NCBI GenBank assembly: GCA_046349085.1
Contig: JAXMDA010000007.1
Span: 163,131-227,130 of the forward strand
Length of the DNA: 64,000 nt
Reading direction: 5' to 3'
Source: Rhodoblastus sp.
GTDB lineage: Bacteria; Pseudomonadota; Alphaproteobacteria; Rhizobiales; Beijerinckiaceae
Shown here piece by piece: positions 28,118 through 38,960 of this stretch. The translations under genes and the position numbers were made by a program. The notes beneath the pieces are model-generated. The model saw only the letters and a program-made list of their open reading frames with translations, ran no database searches and was not told the origin of the DNA. The stretch's first letter is position 1, and every line of letters starts with the position of its first letter.

Positions 28118-28720
28118 TCAGACGTCCGGCCGCGTCTTCTGCATCGACGGGCGCTTGGCGAATTCCGCGTACCACGCGGCCAGGCCCGGAGCGCGCTTGC
28201 GCCAGTCGAGGTCCGGCAGGCGAAAGTCGAGATAGCCGAGCGCGCAGGCCGCGGTGATCGAGCCGAGATCGACGGCGGCGAGATCGGCGCGGCGGGCTTC
28301 CAGCGCGTCGATCGCGCCGATTATCTTGCTCGTCTGCCGGTCGAGGTAGCCGGGATAGATGTATTCCTGCGGCCGCCGCAGGGATTCGATGACGTAGGCG
28401 ACCGCGGCCTCCATCAGGCCGTCGGCCAGCCCATGCACCTGCATCACGCGCCAGCGCGCCTTCGCCTCTTCGGGGATCAGCTTGGGCGCGCCATTGCGCC
28501 GCTCCAGGTAGTCGCAGCAGGCGAAGGAGCCGACGAACACGCCTTCGCGCGTGACCAGGGCCGGCACCTTGCCGAGCGGGTTGTCCTTGGCGATGTCGGT
28601 ATCGGCCGTCCACACGTCGGTCGGCGCGAGCTCGATGCGGTCGGCCTGTCCGACTTCGTCGGCGAAGACGAGCACCTTGCGCACGAATGGCGAGGTCTTC
28701 GCATATCGCAGTTTCATCAT
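28118..28720 (-). CDS. Glutathione S-transferase family protein
   Basis: Internal ATG at 28720 (MMKLRYAKTSPFVRKV...NPLGKVPAL...). Confidence 0.78.
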   Translation of the reverse strand: MMKLRYAKTSPFVRKVLVFADEVGQADRIELAPTDVWTADTDIAKDNPLGKVPALVTREGVFVGSFACCDYLERRNGAPKLIPEEAKARWRVMQVHGLADGLMEAAVAYVIESLRRPQEYIYPGYLDRQTSKIIGAIDALEARRADLAAVDLGSITAACALGYLDFRLPDLDWRKRAPGLAAWYAEFAKRPSMQKTRPDV

Positions 28721-28773
28721 GGACGACCGCTCCCCTCGGCCCATCAAACATGCGTCCTCGGATCGTTCAATCC

Positions 28774-29196
28774 TTACACGCCGATATAGTGAAGCACGAT
28801 CTGCCGCCGGTGGGGCGCCCGCCTGTGCTCGAAAAGGTAAACGCCCTGCCAGGTTCCCAGCGCCATACGGCCGCTGGCGACAGGGATCGACAGGGACGTC
28901 TGCGTCAGCGCCGCCTTGATGTGCGCGGGCATGTCGTCGGCGCCCTCGGTATCGTGCTCGTAGCCGGCGTTTTCCGGCGCGAGCCGCGCGAAGGCGCGCG
29001 CGAGGTCGCGCTGCACGCTGGGGTCGGCGTTTTCCTGGATGACAAGCGAAGCCGAGGTATGCCGGCAAAAGACGGTCAGCAGGCCGGCCTGCGGCCGGAG
29101 CCCGGCAAGCCACTCCGCGATTTCCGCGGTGATTTCCGTCAGTCCCTGCCCGTGCGCGGCGACGCTCAGGCTGTGGCTAGCCTGGCGCAGAGTCAT
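28774..29196 (-). CDS. YjbQ/UPF0047 family protein (secondary thiamine-phosphate synthase-like)
   Basis: Internal ATG at 29196. HTSASLVIQENADP, MPAHIKAAL and GTWQGVYLFEHR motifs. Confidence 0.8.
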   Translation of the reverse strand: MTLRQASHSLSVAAHGQGLTEITAEIAEWLAGLRPQAGLLTVFCRHTSASLVIQENADPSVQRDLARAFARLAPENAGYEHDTEGADDMPAHIKAALTQTSLSIPVASGRMALGTWQGVYLFEHRRAPHRRQIVLHYIGV

Positions 29197-29807
29197 GGGC
29201 GGCGCGCCAGGGCGAGGCCGACGCCGGCCGTCATCAGCGCGCCGCCCATCAGCCGGTTGCGCAGCCGGCCCTCGACGCGCAGCGCGCGCGAGAAGCGGGC
29301 GGCGAACACCGCCCAGAGGCTGTCCAGTCCGGCCGCGAGCGTCAGGAAGGTGATCGCCAGCAGCGCGAGCTGGAAGCGGGCGTCCGGTCCCGGCGTCACG
29401 AATTGCGGGAGAAAGGCGCCGAAAAACAGCAGCGTCTTGGGATTGGCGAGCGAAACGAGCAGGCCGCGCACGAAAATGCGGCTTGCCGATTTCTTTTCCG
29501 GGCCGGTCGCCGTGAGGTCGGCGACCGGCGCCCGCCACGCGCGAAGGCCAAGCCAGACGAGATAGGCGACGCCGATCCAGCGCAGCGCGCCGAACCAGTC
29601 GGCAAGCGCCGCCAGCAGCGCGCTCGCGCCGAACACGACGATCGTGAGCTGGACGACCATGGCGGCGCTTGTTCCGGCCACCGTCAGGAGGCCGTAGCGC
29701 GCGCCGTGCGCGAGGCTGTTGGCGACGATCAGCGCGACATTTGGCCCGGGCGCGAGGATGAGCGCGCTCGCCGCGAAGACAAAGGCGAAATAGAGTTCAA
29801 TCGACAT
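29193..29807 (-). CDS. LysE/RhtB family amino-acid exporter
   Basis: LILAPGPNVALIV and NPKTLLFFGAFLPQF motifs. 4-nt overlap with the downstream yjbQ-like gene. Confidence 0.85.
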   Translation of the reverse strand: MSIELYFAFVFAASALILAPGPNVALIVANSLAHGARYGLLTVAGTSAAMVVQLTIVVFGASALLAALADWFGALRWIGVAYLVWLGLRAWRAPVADLTATGPEKKSASRIFVRGLLVSLANPKTLLFFGAFLPQFVTPGPDARFQLALLAITFLTLAAGLDSLWAVFAARFSRALRVEGRLRNRLMGGALMTAGVGLALARRP

Positions 29808-29875
29808 GCCGCATCCGGACGCTGCGCCGGGCCAAGACTAGACCGAACTCCGCGCCGCTGCGAGGGCCGACAAAG

Positions 29876-30694
29876 ATGACGCCGTCCGACTCGAACCGTC
29901 CCTCCAACGCCCGGCAGAAAGCCTCGGCCGCCTATCGGATTCCAGCGCTTGACCAGGATTTCCTGCTGGGCCAGTCGCAGCGCGGGCTGCGCTTTCAGAT
30001 CGAATACGAGAAGGCGGAGGAGGCCCTGCGCGCCTGGAAGGTGAACTCCACTGTCGTCTGCTTCGGCTCGGCCCGCGCCCGCGAGGACGGGCCGCCCCAT
30101 CAGGCCGCCTGGTATGCGGCGGCGCGCGAATTCGGCCGCATCGCGTCGGAGGAGGGCGGCGCGAAGAAGGCGGACGAGAACGGGGGGCGCGAGAACGTGA
30201 TCGCGACCGGCGGCGGTCCGGGGCTGATGGAGGCGGCCAACCGCGGCGCCTACGACGTCGGCGCGCCCTCGATCGGCTTCAACATCACTTTGCCGCACGA
30301 GCAGGAGCCCAATCCCTGGACGACGCCGGAACTCACCTTCCGGTTTCACTATTTCGCGATGCGCAAGATGCATCTGGCGATGCGCGCCAACGCCCTTGTC
30401 GCCTTTCCCGGCGGCTTCGGCACGCTCGACGAATTGTTCGAGGTCATGACGCTGCGCCAGACGGGCAAGGGGCGAGACATTCCAATCATCCTGTTCGATG
30501 AGGACTACTGGCGCGCCGTCATCAATTTCGATCGTCTTCTGGAGGAAGGCGTGATCGGCGGCGAGGACATGCGCGTCTTCGACTTCGCCGGCAGCGCGCG
30601 CGAAGCCTGGGACAAGATCGTAGCGGCCCTCTGCGGCACGCTGCACCAGCACGGCGAGTTGCACGCGGCGCGGCAGGCGCCTGCGGCCCCCTGA
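29876..30694 (+). CDS. LOG/TIGR00730-family protein, long form (second paralogue in the window)
   Basis: GGGPGLMEAANRGA and FPGGFGTLDELFE motifs, with an N-terminal extension of about 60 aa. Confidence 0.75.
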   Translation: MTPSDSNRPSNARQKASAAYRIPALDQDFLLGQSQRGLRFQIEYEKAEEALRAWKVNSTVVCFGSARAREDGPPHQAAWYAAAREFGRIASEEGGAKKADENGGRENVIATGGGPGLMEAANRGAYDVGAPSIGFNITLPHEQEPNPWTTPELTFRFHYFAMRKMHLAMRANALVAFPGGFGTLDELFEVMTLRQTGKGRDIPIILFDEDYWRAVINFDRLLEEGVIGGEDMRVFDFAGSAREAWDKIVAALCGTLHQHGELHAARQAPAAP

Positions 30695-30807
30695 TCCCCG
30701 CGCGCGCCACAAAAAAGCGCCAGGCTGGCGACAGGGCGGCAAAAATCGCCGCATATCGAGGCTGCGGCGGATCTGGAAAGCGGCTCGACCGTTGCTAGAT
30801 CAACGGC

Positions 30808-31968
30808 ATGTCAAGCAAAGGCAAATTCCCGATCCTGGCGCTGCTCCTGGCGGCCGGCGTCGCCGGCTGGTTCGGGTGGAGGGCCTATGGCCTGCGCACA
30901 GCGACGCAGGTCGTCGAACAGCGCGCGCCGGCGCCCGTCACCGTCGAAACCGTCGCCAAGGGCGCTTTCCCGGTTCGCATCGAGTCGATCGGGGCCGTGC
31001 AGGCGCTGAACAACGTCGCCGTGCGAACCCGCGTCGACGGACAGATCGAGCAGGCCTATTTCAAGGAGGGCGAAAGCGTCAAAGCCGGCGACCTGCTCAT
31101 TCGCCTGGACGCGCGGCCGTTCAAGGCGGCGCTCGATCAGGCGCTCGCCAAGCGCGCGCAGGATCAGGCGACGCTCGACAACGCCAAGCGCGACCTGCAG
31201 CGCTATTCGCAACTCGCGGCCAAGAATTTCGCGCCCGAGCAGCAGCTCAACACCCAGCAGGCGACGGTCGCCTCGGGGACGGCGCAGATCTCGGCCGACG
31301 ACGCCGCGGTCGAGAACGCGCGCACGCAATTGAGCTACACGGAAATCCGCGCGCCGATCGGCGGGCGCATCGGGTTTCGGCAGGTCGACGTAGGCAATAT
31401 CGTCCATGCCGGCGACGCTCAGCCGATCCTGACGATCGTGCAGGTCGATCCGATTTTCGTGCTGTTCACCATCCCCGAAAACCGCATCACCGAAGTGCAG
31501 CAGGCGGCGGGCGGCGCCCCGCTGCAAGCCACCGTCTATACCGGCGACAGGTCGACCGTGCTGGCCCAGGGCTCGCTGACGGTGCTCAACAATCAGGTCG
31601 ATCAGGCGAGCGGCACGCTTCAGGTCAAGGCGACCTTCGCCAACCCGCAGATGCGGTTATGGCCTGGCCAGTCGGTGGTCGTCAGCCTCCACGTGCGCGA
31701 CCTCGACAATGTGGCGCTTGCGCCCGACAGCGCGGTGCAGCGCGGGCCGAATGGTCTCTATGTGTGGCTGGTCGGCAGCGACGACACCGTGACGATCCGC
31801 GATATCAAGGTGCAGACGCAGGGCGAGGGACGCGTTGTCGTGGCCTCGGGCCTTGCGGAGGGCGACAGGGTCGTGATCGCCGGGCAGGCGCGCCTCTACG
31901 ATCATGCGAAGGTCGCAATCTCCGACGCGCGCCGCGAGGCGGCCCTGTCCGCGGCGGGCGCGCAATGA
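30808..31968 (+). CDS. RND efflux periplasmic adaptor (membrane fusion protein, MdtA-like)
   Basis: N-terminal anchor, VRTRVDGQI...GDLLIRLD lipoyl-like motif, coiled-coil region. Its stop overlaps the RND pump start (ATGA). Confidence 0.85.
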   Translation: MSSKGKFPILALLLAAGVAGWFGWRAYGLRTATQVVEQRAPAPVTVETVAKGAFPVRIESIGAVQALNNVAVRTRVDGQIEQAYFKEGESVKAGDLLIRLDARPFKAALDQALAKRAQDQATLDNAKRDLQRYSQLAAKNFAPEQQLNTQQATVASGTAQISADDAAVENARTQLSYTEIRAPIGGRIGFRQVDVGNIVHAGDAQPILTIVQVDPIFVLFTIPENRITEVQQAAGGAPLQATVYTGDRSTVLAQGSLTVLNNQVDQASGTLQVKATFANPQMRLWPGQSVVVSLHVRDLDNVALAPDSAVQRGPNGLYVWLVGSDDTVTIRDIKVQTQGEGRVVVASGLAEGDRVVIAGQARLYDHAKVAISDARREAALSAAGAQ

Positions 31969-34900
31969 ATGGCGATTTGCCGGCGGCCGGCGGCCTGTCG
32001 ACGCCCTTCATCCGGCGTCCGGTCGCAACCACCCTGATCATGATCGGCATCGCCTTCGTGGGGCTCATCGCCTATCCGAAGCTGCCCGTCGCGCCGCTGC
32101 CGCAGGTCGATTTCCCGACGATCCAGGTGTCGGCGAGCCTGCCCGGCGCGGATCCTGAAACCATGGCCTCGTCGGTCGCGCAGCCGCTCGAGACGCAATT
32201 CGCGCAAATGCCGGGCGTGGCGCAGCTTACCTCGTCGAGTTCGCTCGCCTCGGCGCAGATCACGATTCAGTTCGATCTCGGCCGGAACATCGACGCCGCC
32301 GCCAACGACGTGCAATCGGCGATCAACGCCGCAAGCGGCAAGCTGCCCAAGGCGCTGCCGAACCCGCCGACCTATCGCAAGATCAATCCGGCGGATTCGC
32401 CCGTGCTGCTGCTCTCGGCCACGTCGAGGGCGCTGCCGACGACGGAAGTCGACGATCAGGTCTATTCCAAGCTCGCGCAGCAGATCAGCCAGATCGCCGG
32501 CGTCGCGCAGGTCATCATCGGCGGCCAGCAGACGCCGGCTGTTCGCGTCCAGATCGATCCCGCCAAGATCGTCAACAAGGGCCTGTCGCTCGAGGACATT
32601 CGCAGCCGGCTCGCCATTTCGACCGTCGATTCCCCCAAGGGCAGCCTGAACGGACCGGACCGTAATTTCACCGTCTATGCCAACGACCAGTTGATTGCGG
32701 CGGACAAATGGAACGACGTGATCGTCGCCTACCGCGCCGGCGCGCCCGTGCGCGTGCGCGACATCGGCCAGGCGGTGGCCGGCCCCGAGGACACGACGCA
32801 ACGCGCCTGGGCGAACGGCGAGCCCGGCGTCTTTCTGGTCATCTTCAAGCAGCCGGGCGCCAACGTCATCGACACGGTCGAAGCCATCAAGGCGCAATTG
32901 CCGCGGCTGATCGCGGCCATTCCGCCGTCGGTCGACATCCAGATCATGAGCGACCGCACGCAGACGATCCGCGCGGCCGTGGAGGACGTGCAGATCACGC
33001 TCGCCATCACCATCGGCCTCGTGGTGCTGGTGATCTTCGCCTTCTTGCGTTCGGTCTCGGCGACGCTCATACCCGCCATCACCGTGCCGCTCGCGCTGCT
33101 CGGCGCCTGCGCGATGATGTGGGCCGCAGGCTACAGCCTCGACAATCTCTCTCTGATGGCCCTGACGATCTCCGTCGGCTTTGTCGTCGACGACGCCATC
33201 GTCATGCTGGAGAACATCGCGCGCCACGTCGAGGAGGGCGTCAGCCCGATGCAGGCGGCGATCCAGGGCGCGTCTGAAATCGGCTTCACCATCTTCTCGA
33301 TCAGCCTGTCGCTGATCGCCGTGCTCATCCCGCTGCTGCTGATGGGCGGCATCATCGGGCGCCTGTTCCGCGAATTCTCCGTCACGCTCTCCATGGCGAT
33401 CGTCGTCTCGGCTTTCGTCGCGCTGACCTTGACGCCGATGATGGCGGCGCGCCTGCTGCATCCCGAATCCGAGACGCGACACGGTCGCATCTACGCCGTC
33501 ACCGAGGGCATGTTCGACCGTCTCCTGCACGTCTACGAGCGCGGCCTCGATTTCGTGCTGCGCCATCGCTTCGCGACGCTGCTCGTCTTCTTCGCGACGC
33601 TGGCCGCCACCGGATGGCTGTTCGTGAAAATTCCGAAGGGCTTTTTTCCGCAGCAGGACACCGGCCTCATCACCGGCATATCCGAGGCGCCGCAAGACGT
33701 GTCCTTTGCGCGCATGGCGGCGCTGCAGGAGCAGTTGGCCGCGATCGTGCAAGCCGATCCGGACGTGGCGAGCGTCGCGAGTGCGATCGGCGCCAACGGC
33801 GGGACGGCGCTCAACAACGGGCGCATGTACATCACGCTCAAACCCCGCGCCGAGCGCAAGGCCAGCGCCGACCAGATCATCGCCCGGCTGCGCCCCAACC
33901 TGGAAAAGGTCAACGGCGCGCGCCTCTACCTGCAGGCCGCGCAGGACGTGCGCATGGGCGGGCGCGCCTCGCGCACGCAGTATCAATACACGCTGCAGGA
34001 CGCGGATTCGAACGAGCTCAACGAATGGTCGCCGCGCATTCTCGAAAAGCTCAAGGCGCTTCCGCAATTGCGCGACGTGGCGACCGACCAGCAGATGAGC
34101 GGTGCGGCGCTGACGCTGAAGATCGACCGCGATCAGGCCTCGCGCTTCGGCTTCACGCCGCAGCAGATCGACGACACGCTCTATGACGCCTTCGGCCAGC
34201 GACAGATCGCGCAATATTTCACGCAGGTCAGCTCCTATCATGTCGTCCTCGAGGTGCTGCCGGCGCTGCAGGGCGATCCCGAGACGCTGCGCCAGATCTA
34301 TCTGAAGAGCCCGAACGACGGCGCGCAGGTGCCGTTGTCGTCATTCGTGTCGTGGACGACCGTTCCCGTGCGGCCGCTGTCGATCGCCCATCAGGGACAG
34401 TTTCCGGCGACGACAATCAGTTTCAACCTCGCCCAGAACGTCGCGCTCGGCGACGCCACCCGCGCGATCGACGCGGCGGTGCGCGAAATGCGGCCGCCCG
34501 CCGCGCTGTCGGGCGCCTTCGCTGGCACGGCGCAGGCCTTTCAGGACTCGCTCGGCACGGTGCCGCTGCTGATCCTCGCGGCGCTGGTCGTGGTCTATCT
34601 GATCCTCGGCGTGCTTTATGAAAGCTACATCCACCCGCTGACCATCCTGTCGACGCTGCCGTCCGCCGGCCTCGGCGCGCTCGCGACGCTGATGCTGTTC
34701 GGCTTCGACTTCAGCCTGATCGCGCTCATCGGCCTCGTGCTGCTGATCGGCATCGTCAAGAAGAACGGCATCATGATGGTCGACTTCGCCATCGAGGCCG
34801 AACGCAGTCAGGGCCTGTCGACCGAAGCCGCCATCCGTCAGGCCGCGCTCCTGCGCTTCCGCCCGATCATGATGACGACGATGGCGGCGCTGCTCGGCGC

Positions 34901-35114
34901 CGTGCCGCTGATGCTCGGCTCCGGCACCGGAGCGGAAATCCGCCAGCCGCTCGGCTACGCCATGTTCGGCGGGCTGCTGGTCAGCCAGGCGCTCACCCTG
35001 CTGACGACGCCGGTCATCTACCTCTATCTCGACCGGTTGGCCGCGCGCCTGCGCGGGTCGCGCCCCACCGCGGCGACCGCCGTCGACATCGGCCGCTCGC
35101 AGGCGGCGGAATAG
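31965..35114 (+). CDS. RND efflux permease (MdtB/MdtC-like)
   Basis: In-frame ATG at 31965 inside ORF 30792..35114. STPFIRRPVATTLIMIG..., 1049 aa, 12-TM RND architecture. Confidence 0.9.
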   Translation: MNGDLPAAGGLSTPFIRRPVATTLIMIGIAFVGLIAYPKLPVAPLPQVDFPTIQVSASLPGADPETMASSVAQPLETQFAQMPGVAQLTSSSSLASAQITIQFDLGRNIDAAANDVQSAINAASGKLPKALPNPPTYRKINPADSPVLLLSATSRALPTTEVDDQVYSKLAQQISQIAGVAQVIIGGQQTPAVRVQIDPAKIVNKGLSLEDIRSRLAISTVDSPKGSLNGPDRNFTVYANDQLIAADKWNDVIVAYRAGAPVRVRDIGQAVAGPEDTTQRAWANGEPGVFLVIFKQPGANVIDTVEAIKAQLPRLIAAIPPSVDIQIMSDRTQTIRAAVEDVQITLAITIGLVVLVIFAFLRSVSATLIPAITVPLALLGACAMMWAAGYSLDNLSLMALTISVGFVVDDAIVMLENIARHVEEGVSPMQAAIQGASEIGFTIFSISLSLIAVLIPLLLMGGIIGRLFREFSVTLSMAIVVSAFVALTLTPMMAARLLHPESETRHGRIYAVTEGMFDRLLHVYERGLDFVLRHRFATLLVFFATLAATGWLFVKIPKGFFPQQDTGLITGISEAPQDVSFARMAALQEQLAAIVQADPDVASVASAIGANGGTALNNGRMYITLKPRAERKASADQIIARLRPNLEKVNGARLYLQAAQDVRMGGRASRTQYQYTLQDADSNELNEWSPRILEKLKALPQLRDVATDQQMSGAALTLKIDRDQASRFGFTPQQIDDTLYDAFGQRQIAQYFTQVSSYHVVLEVLPALQGDPETLRQIYLKSPNDGAQVPLSSFVSWTTVPVRPLSIAHQGQFPATTISFNLAQNVALGDATRAIDAAVREMRPPAALSGAFAGTAQAFQDSLGTVPLLILAALVVVYLILGVLYESYIHPLTILSTLPSAGLGALATLMLFGFDFSLIALIGLVLLIGIVKKNGIMMVDFAIEAERSQGLSTEAAIRQAALLRFRPIMMTTMAALLGAVPLMLGSGTGAEIRQPLGYAMFGGLLVSQALTLLTTPVIYLYLDRLAARLRGSRPTAATAVDIGRSQAAE

Positions 35115-35116
35115 GT

Positions 35117-35590
35117 TCAGCTCTCGACGACGACGAGGCCGGCGGCGTCGGCGCGCAGCCGCTTGCGCATGTACGGCTTTGGCCATTGCACGACGAGCTT
35201 GCCGACCAGGTCGTTCATGCCGCCAAGCTCGAAAGCGTCGTAGAAGATCGGGTGTTTCGCGCGGGAAATGAAATCGTGCAGCAGGTGGGCGACGTCGTAG
35301 TCGTAGACGATGTCGCCCGGCGCAATGCCGGGGCGTCGCGCTGCAAGCCGGCGAAATCCCGCGAGCCGCGCCCGCCCTTCCGCCTCGGCGCGAAACGACA
35401 GGACCTGCGCCTCGGCGCCGAAGGCGCGCCCGTTCTGCATGCGTTCGTAGACGAGATCGTGGCCGGTCTTCGCCAGAGCCTCGAGCGAGGGCGCATCCGC
35501 GCTCGCATCGCGCGGGTCGAGCGTATTGCGGTGGGCGATGAGGCCGGCCGGGTCGAGGCCGCGGGCGACAAGCAGTTCGGAAAGGCGCAT
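35117..35590 (-). CDS. Conserved hypothetical protein (start uncertain; open frame continues to 35683)
   Basis: High GC3 in frame. The ATG at 35590 ([14 protein letters not shown]...) is preferred because the ATG at 35683 would share the tetranucleotide CATG with the divergent nadE start. No family recognised with confidence. Confidence 0.55.
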   Translation of the reverse strand: MRLSELLVARGLDPAGLIAHRNTLDPRDASADAPSLEALAKTGHDLVYERMQNGRAFGAEAQVLSFRAEAEGRARLAGFRRLAARRPGIAPGDIVYDYDVAHLLHDFISRAKHPIFYDAFELGGMNDLVGKLVVQWPKPYMRKRLRADAAGLVVVES

Positions 35591-35681
35591 CGCGCCCTTA
35601 TACGCGAACAGGCGCGCGCCCGCGTTGACCATAATCGCGGCGTCCCTGTTCGCAGCCGCGAAACGCGCTATTGTGCGGCCC

Positions 35682-37733
35682 ATGAACGCCCCGACCGGCT
35701 CTTTCTATTCGATCTATTCGCACGGGTTCGTCCGCGTCTGCGTCGGCGCGCCGGCGATCCGCGTCGCCGACCCCGCCTTCAATGTCGCGCGCGCGCTGGA
35801 AATGGCGCAGGCCGCGCACGAAAAATCGGCCGCTCTTCTGGCGCTCCCGGAACTCGGCCTGTCCGCCTACGCCATCGACGATCTCCTGCACCAGTCGCGG
35901 CTGCTGGACGCCGTCGAGGAAGCGGCCGGCCAGCTCGTCGCCGCCAGCGCCGATCTCATGCCGGTTCTGGTCGTCGGCGCGCCGCTGCGCTGGCGCGGGC
36001 GCCTCTACAATTGCGCGCTGGTCGTCCATCGCGGCCGGCTGCTCGGCGTCGTGCCGAAGACCTATCTGCCGAACTATCGCGAATTCTACGAGCGGCGGCA
36101 CTTCGCCTCCGGCGGCTTCGTCGCCGGCGAGGAGATCGAGGTCGCCGGCCGCGCGGCGCCGTTCGGGACCGATCTGCTTTTTCACGCGCGAGATGTGCCG
36201 GATTTCACGCTGGGCGTGGAAATCTGCGAGGACGTCTGGGTTCCCGTGCCGCCCTCGACCCGCGCCGCGCTGGCCGGCGCGACCATTGTCGCCAATCTCT
36301 CGGCCTCCAACGCCATCGTCGGCAAGGCCGATTTCCGCGACCTGCTGTGCAAGGCGCATTCGGCGCGCTGCCTGATGGCCTATCTCTACTCCGCCGCCGG
36401 GCCGGGCGAATCGACGACCGATCTCGCGTGGGACGGGCAGGCGACGATCTACGAGAACGGCGAAAAGCTGGTCGAGGCGCCGCGCTTCGCCGAGGAGCCG
36501 CAGCTTGTGGCCGCCGACGTCGATCTCGAGCGCATGAACGCCGAGCGGATGCGGCAGGGCACGTTCGGCGATTGCGCCGACCTCGAAGGCGACGCCCCGT
36601 TCCGCACGATCTCCTTCGACCTCGAACCGCCGCGCGACCGCGACATCGGCTTCTCGCGCAAGAGCGATCGCTTTCCCTACGTGCCGGACGACGATTCGCG
36701 GCTGGCCGAACTCTGCTACGAGGCCTTCAACATCCAGGCGCACGGCCTGCGCCAGCGCCTCGAAGGCGCGAAGACGAAGAAGATCGTCATCGGCGTCTCC
36801 GGCGGCCTCGATTCGACGCAGGCGCTCTTGGTCGCCTGCACCGCCTTCGACCAGCTCAAACTGCCGCGTGAAAACATTCTCGCCTATACGCTGCCGGCCT
36901 TCGCGACCTCGTCGAAGACCAAGGGCAACGCCTGGTCGCTGATGAAGGCGCTGGGCGTCTCCGCGCAGGAAATCGACATGACGCCGGCCTGCAAGCAGAT
37001 GCTGGCCGACCTGAACCATCCCGCCGCGCGCGGGGAGGCGGTTTACGACGCCACCTACGAGAACGTGCAGGCGGGCGCGCGCACCTCGCTGCTGTTCCGG
37101 CTCGCCAACCAGCATGGCGCCATCGTCCTCGGCACCGGCGACCTGTCTGAACTGGCGCTCGGCTGGTGCACGTACGGGGTGGGCGACCAGATGGCGCATT
37201 ACAACGTCAACGCTTCCGTGCCGAAGACGCTGATCCAGCACCTCATCCGCTGGTGTGCGGCGCACCAGCGGTTCGGCGCCGCAGCTGCGCCGGTGCTGGA
37301 GGCGATTCTCGCCACGGAGATTTCGCCGGAGCTGGTGCCGGGCCACGCCGGGGATGTGCCGGCGCAGCTCACGGAGGATTTCGTCGGCCCTTATGCGCTG
37401 CAGGACTTCAATCTCTACTGGATCACGCGCTACGGTTTTGCCCCGCGCAAGGTCGCCTTCCTGTCATGGCGGGCATGGCGCGATGCGGGGAAGGGCGCGT
37501 GGCCTCCGCATATTTCGGCGGACAAGAAGGTCGCCTACGATCTTCCCGTCATCAAGAAATGGCTCGGGGTCTTTCTCAAGCGCTTCTTCGAGACGAGCCA
37601 GTTCAAGCGGTCCGCGCTGCCGAACGGGCCGAAAGTGTCCTCTGGCGGCTCGCTGTCGCCGCGCGGCGACTGGCGCGCGCCCTCCGATTCCAGCGCGGCC
37701 GCCTGGCTCGCGGACCTCGACCGGATTCCGTGA
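35682..37733 (+). CDS. nadE: Glutamine-dependent NAD+ synthetase (long form with N-terminal CN-hydrolase domain)
   Basis: ATG at 35682 ([31 protein letters not shown]...). SGGLDST PP-loop. 683 aa. Confidence 0.9.
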   Translation: MNAPTGSFYSIYSHGFVRVCVGAPAIRVADPAFNVARALEMAQAAHEKSAALLALPELGLSAYAIDDLLHQSRLLDAVEEAAGQLVAASADLMPVLVVGAPLRWRGRLYNCALVVHRGRLLGVVPKTYLPNYREFYERRHFASGGFVAGEEIEVAGRAAPFGTDLLFHARDVPDFTLGVEICEDVWVPVPPSTRAALAGATIVANLSASNAIVGKADFRDLLCKAHSARCLMAYLYSAAGPGESTTDLAWDGQATIYENGEKLVEAPRFAEEPQLVAADVDLERMNAERMRQGTFGDCADLEGDAPFRTISFDLEPPRDRDIGFSRKSDRFPYVPDDDSRLAELCYEAFNIQAHGLRQRLEGAKTKKIVIGVSGGLDSTQALLVACTAFDQLKLPRENILAYTLPAFATSSKTKGNAWSLMKALGVSAQEIDMTPACKQMLADLNHPAARGEAVYDATYENVQAGARTSLLFRLANQHGAIVLGTGDLSELALGWCTYGVGDQMAHYNVNASVPKTLIQHLIRWCAAHQRFGAAAAPVLEAILATEISPELVPGHAGDVPAQLTEDFVGPYALQDFNLYWITRYGFAPRKVAFLSWRAWRDAGKGAWPPHISADKKVAYDLPVIKKWLGVFLKRFFETSQFKRSALPNGPKVSSGGSLSPRGDWRAPSDSSAAAWLADLDRIP

Positions 37734-37881
37734 TCGCTCGCCTTGACCGGCGCCGAATAGTGCACTCAAGTACAATACCAGTCAGCGTGCGCCGGCGTTT
37801 GAATGGCGTCACGAAGAGGGCCGCGAGGGCAAGGTCGACGGCAGTCGATCTTGTCGAGTCGGCCCCGCAGGAGGACGCCTG

Positions 37882-38445
37882 ATGGCGATGACGATGACGG
37901 GGGAAGTCGATCTTCCCGCGACCAAGCAGGTCGTGTGGGAAGCGCTCAACGATCCCGAAATTCTGAAGGCATGCATTCCCGGTTGTCAGTCTCTCGAAAA
38001 GGTCGGCGATAATTCGTTGCAGGCCGTCGCGAAAGTGAAGGTCGGCCCGGTCGCCGCCACCTTCAAGGGCAAGGTCGATCTGCTCGATCTCGATCCGCCC
38101 AACGGCTATCGCATCTCCGGCGAGGGCGAGGGCGGCGTCGCGGGCTTCGCCAAGGGCGGCGCGACCGTGAGGCTGAGCGACATCCCCAATGGCACGAAGC
38201 TCGCCTACGATGTCGAGGCGCAGGTCGGCGGCAAGCTCGCCCAGCTCGGCGCGCGTCTCATCGACGGCGTCGCCAAGAAGATGGCCGACCAGTTCTTCGC
38301 CGATTTCGCTTCCGCCGTCGCCGCGCAGCAGGGCGTCGAGCCCGCGGCCGCGGAGGCGGCGCAACAACCCGCGCAAGCGCAACAACAAGAGGGGCAGGGG
38401 CTGTTGCAGCGCCTGATCGCCTGGTTCTTGGGTCTCTGGAGGTAA
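37882..38445 (+). CDS. coxG: CoxG family SRPBCC protein
   Basis: [23 protein letters not shown]...[12 protein letters not shown] is typical of CoxG. C-terminal Ala/Gln-rich linker and hydrophobic tail. Confidence 0.8.
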   Translation: MAMTMTGEVDLPATKQVVWEALNDPEILKACIPGCQSLEKVGDNSLQAVAKVKVGPVAATFKGKVDLLDLDPPNGYRISGEGEGGVAGFAKGGATVRLSDIPNGTKLAYDVEAQVGGKLAQLGARLIDGVAKKMADQFFADFASAVAAQQGVEPAAAEAAQQPAQAQQQEGQGLLQRLIAWFLGLWR

Positions 38446-38450
38446 CGCAC

Positions 38451-38939
<489 letters not shown>

Positions 38940-38960
38940 CAGCGTTCGGGAGGAAGCAAC

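Noticed and set aside
30792-31964. N-terminal extension of the 1440-aa ORF 30792..35114
   Set aside because: It overlaps the membrane-fusion-protein gene in another frame. RND homology starts at the ATG at 31965, which overlaps the MFP stop codon.
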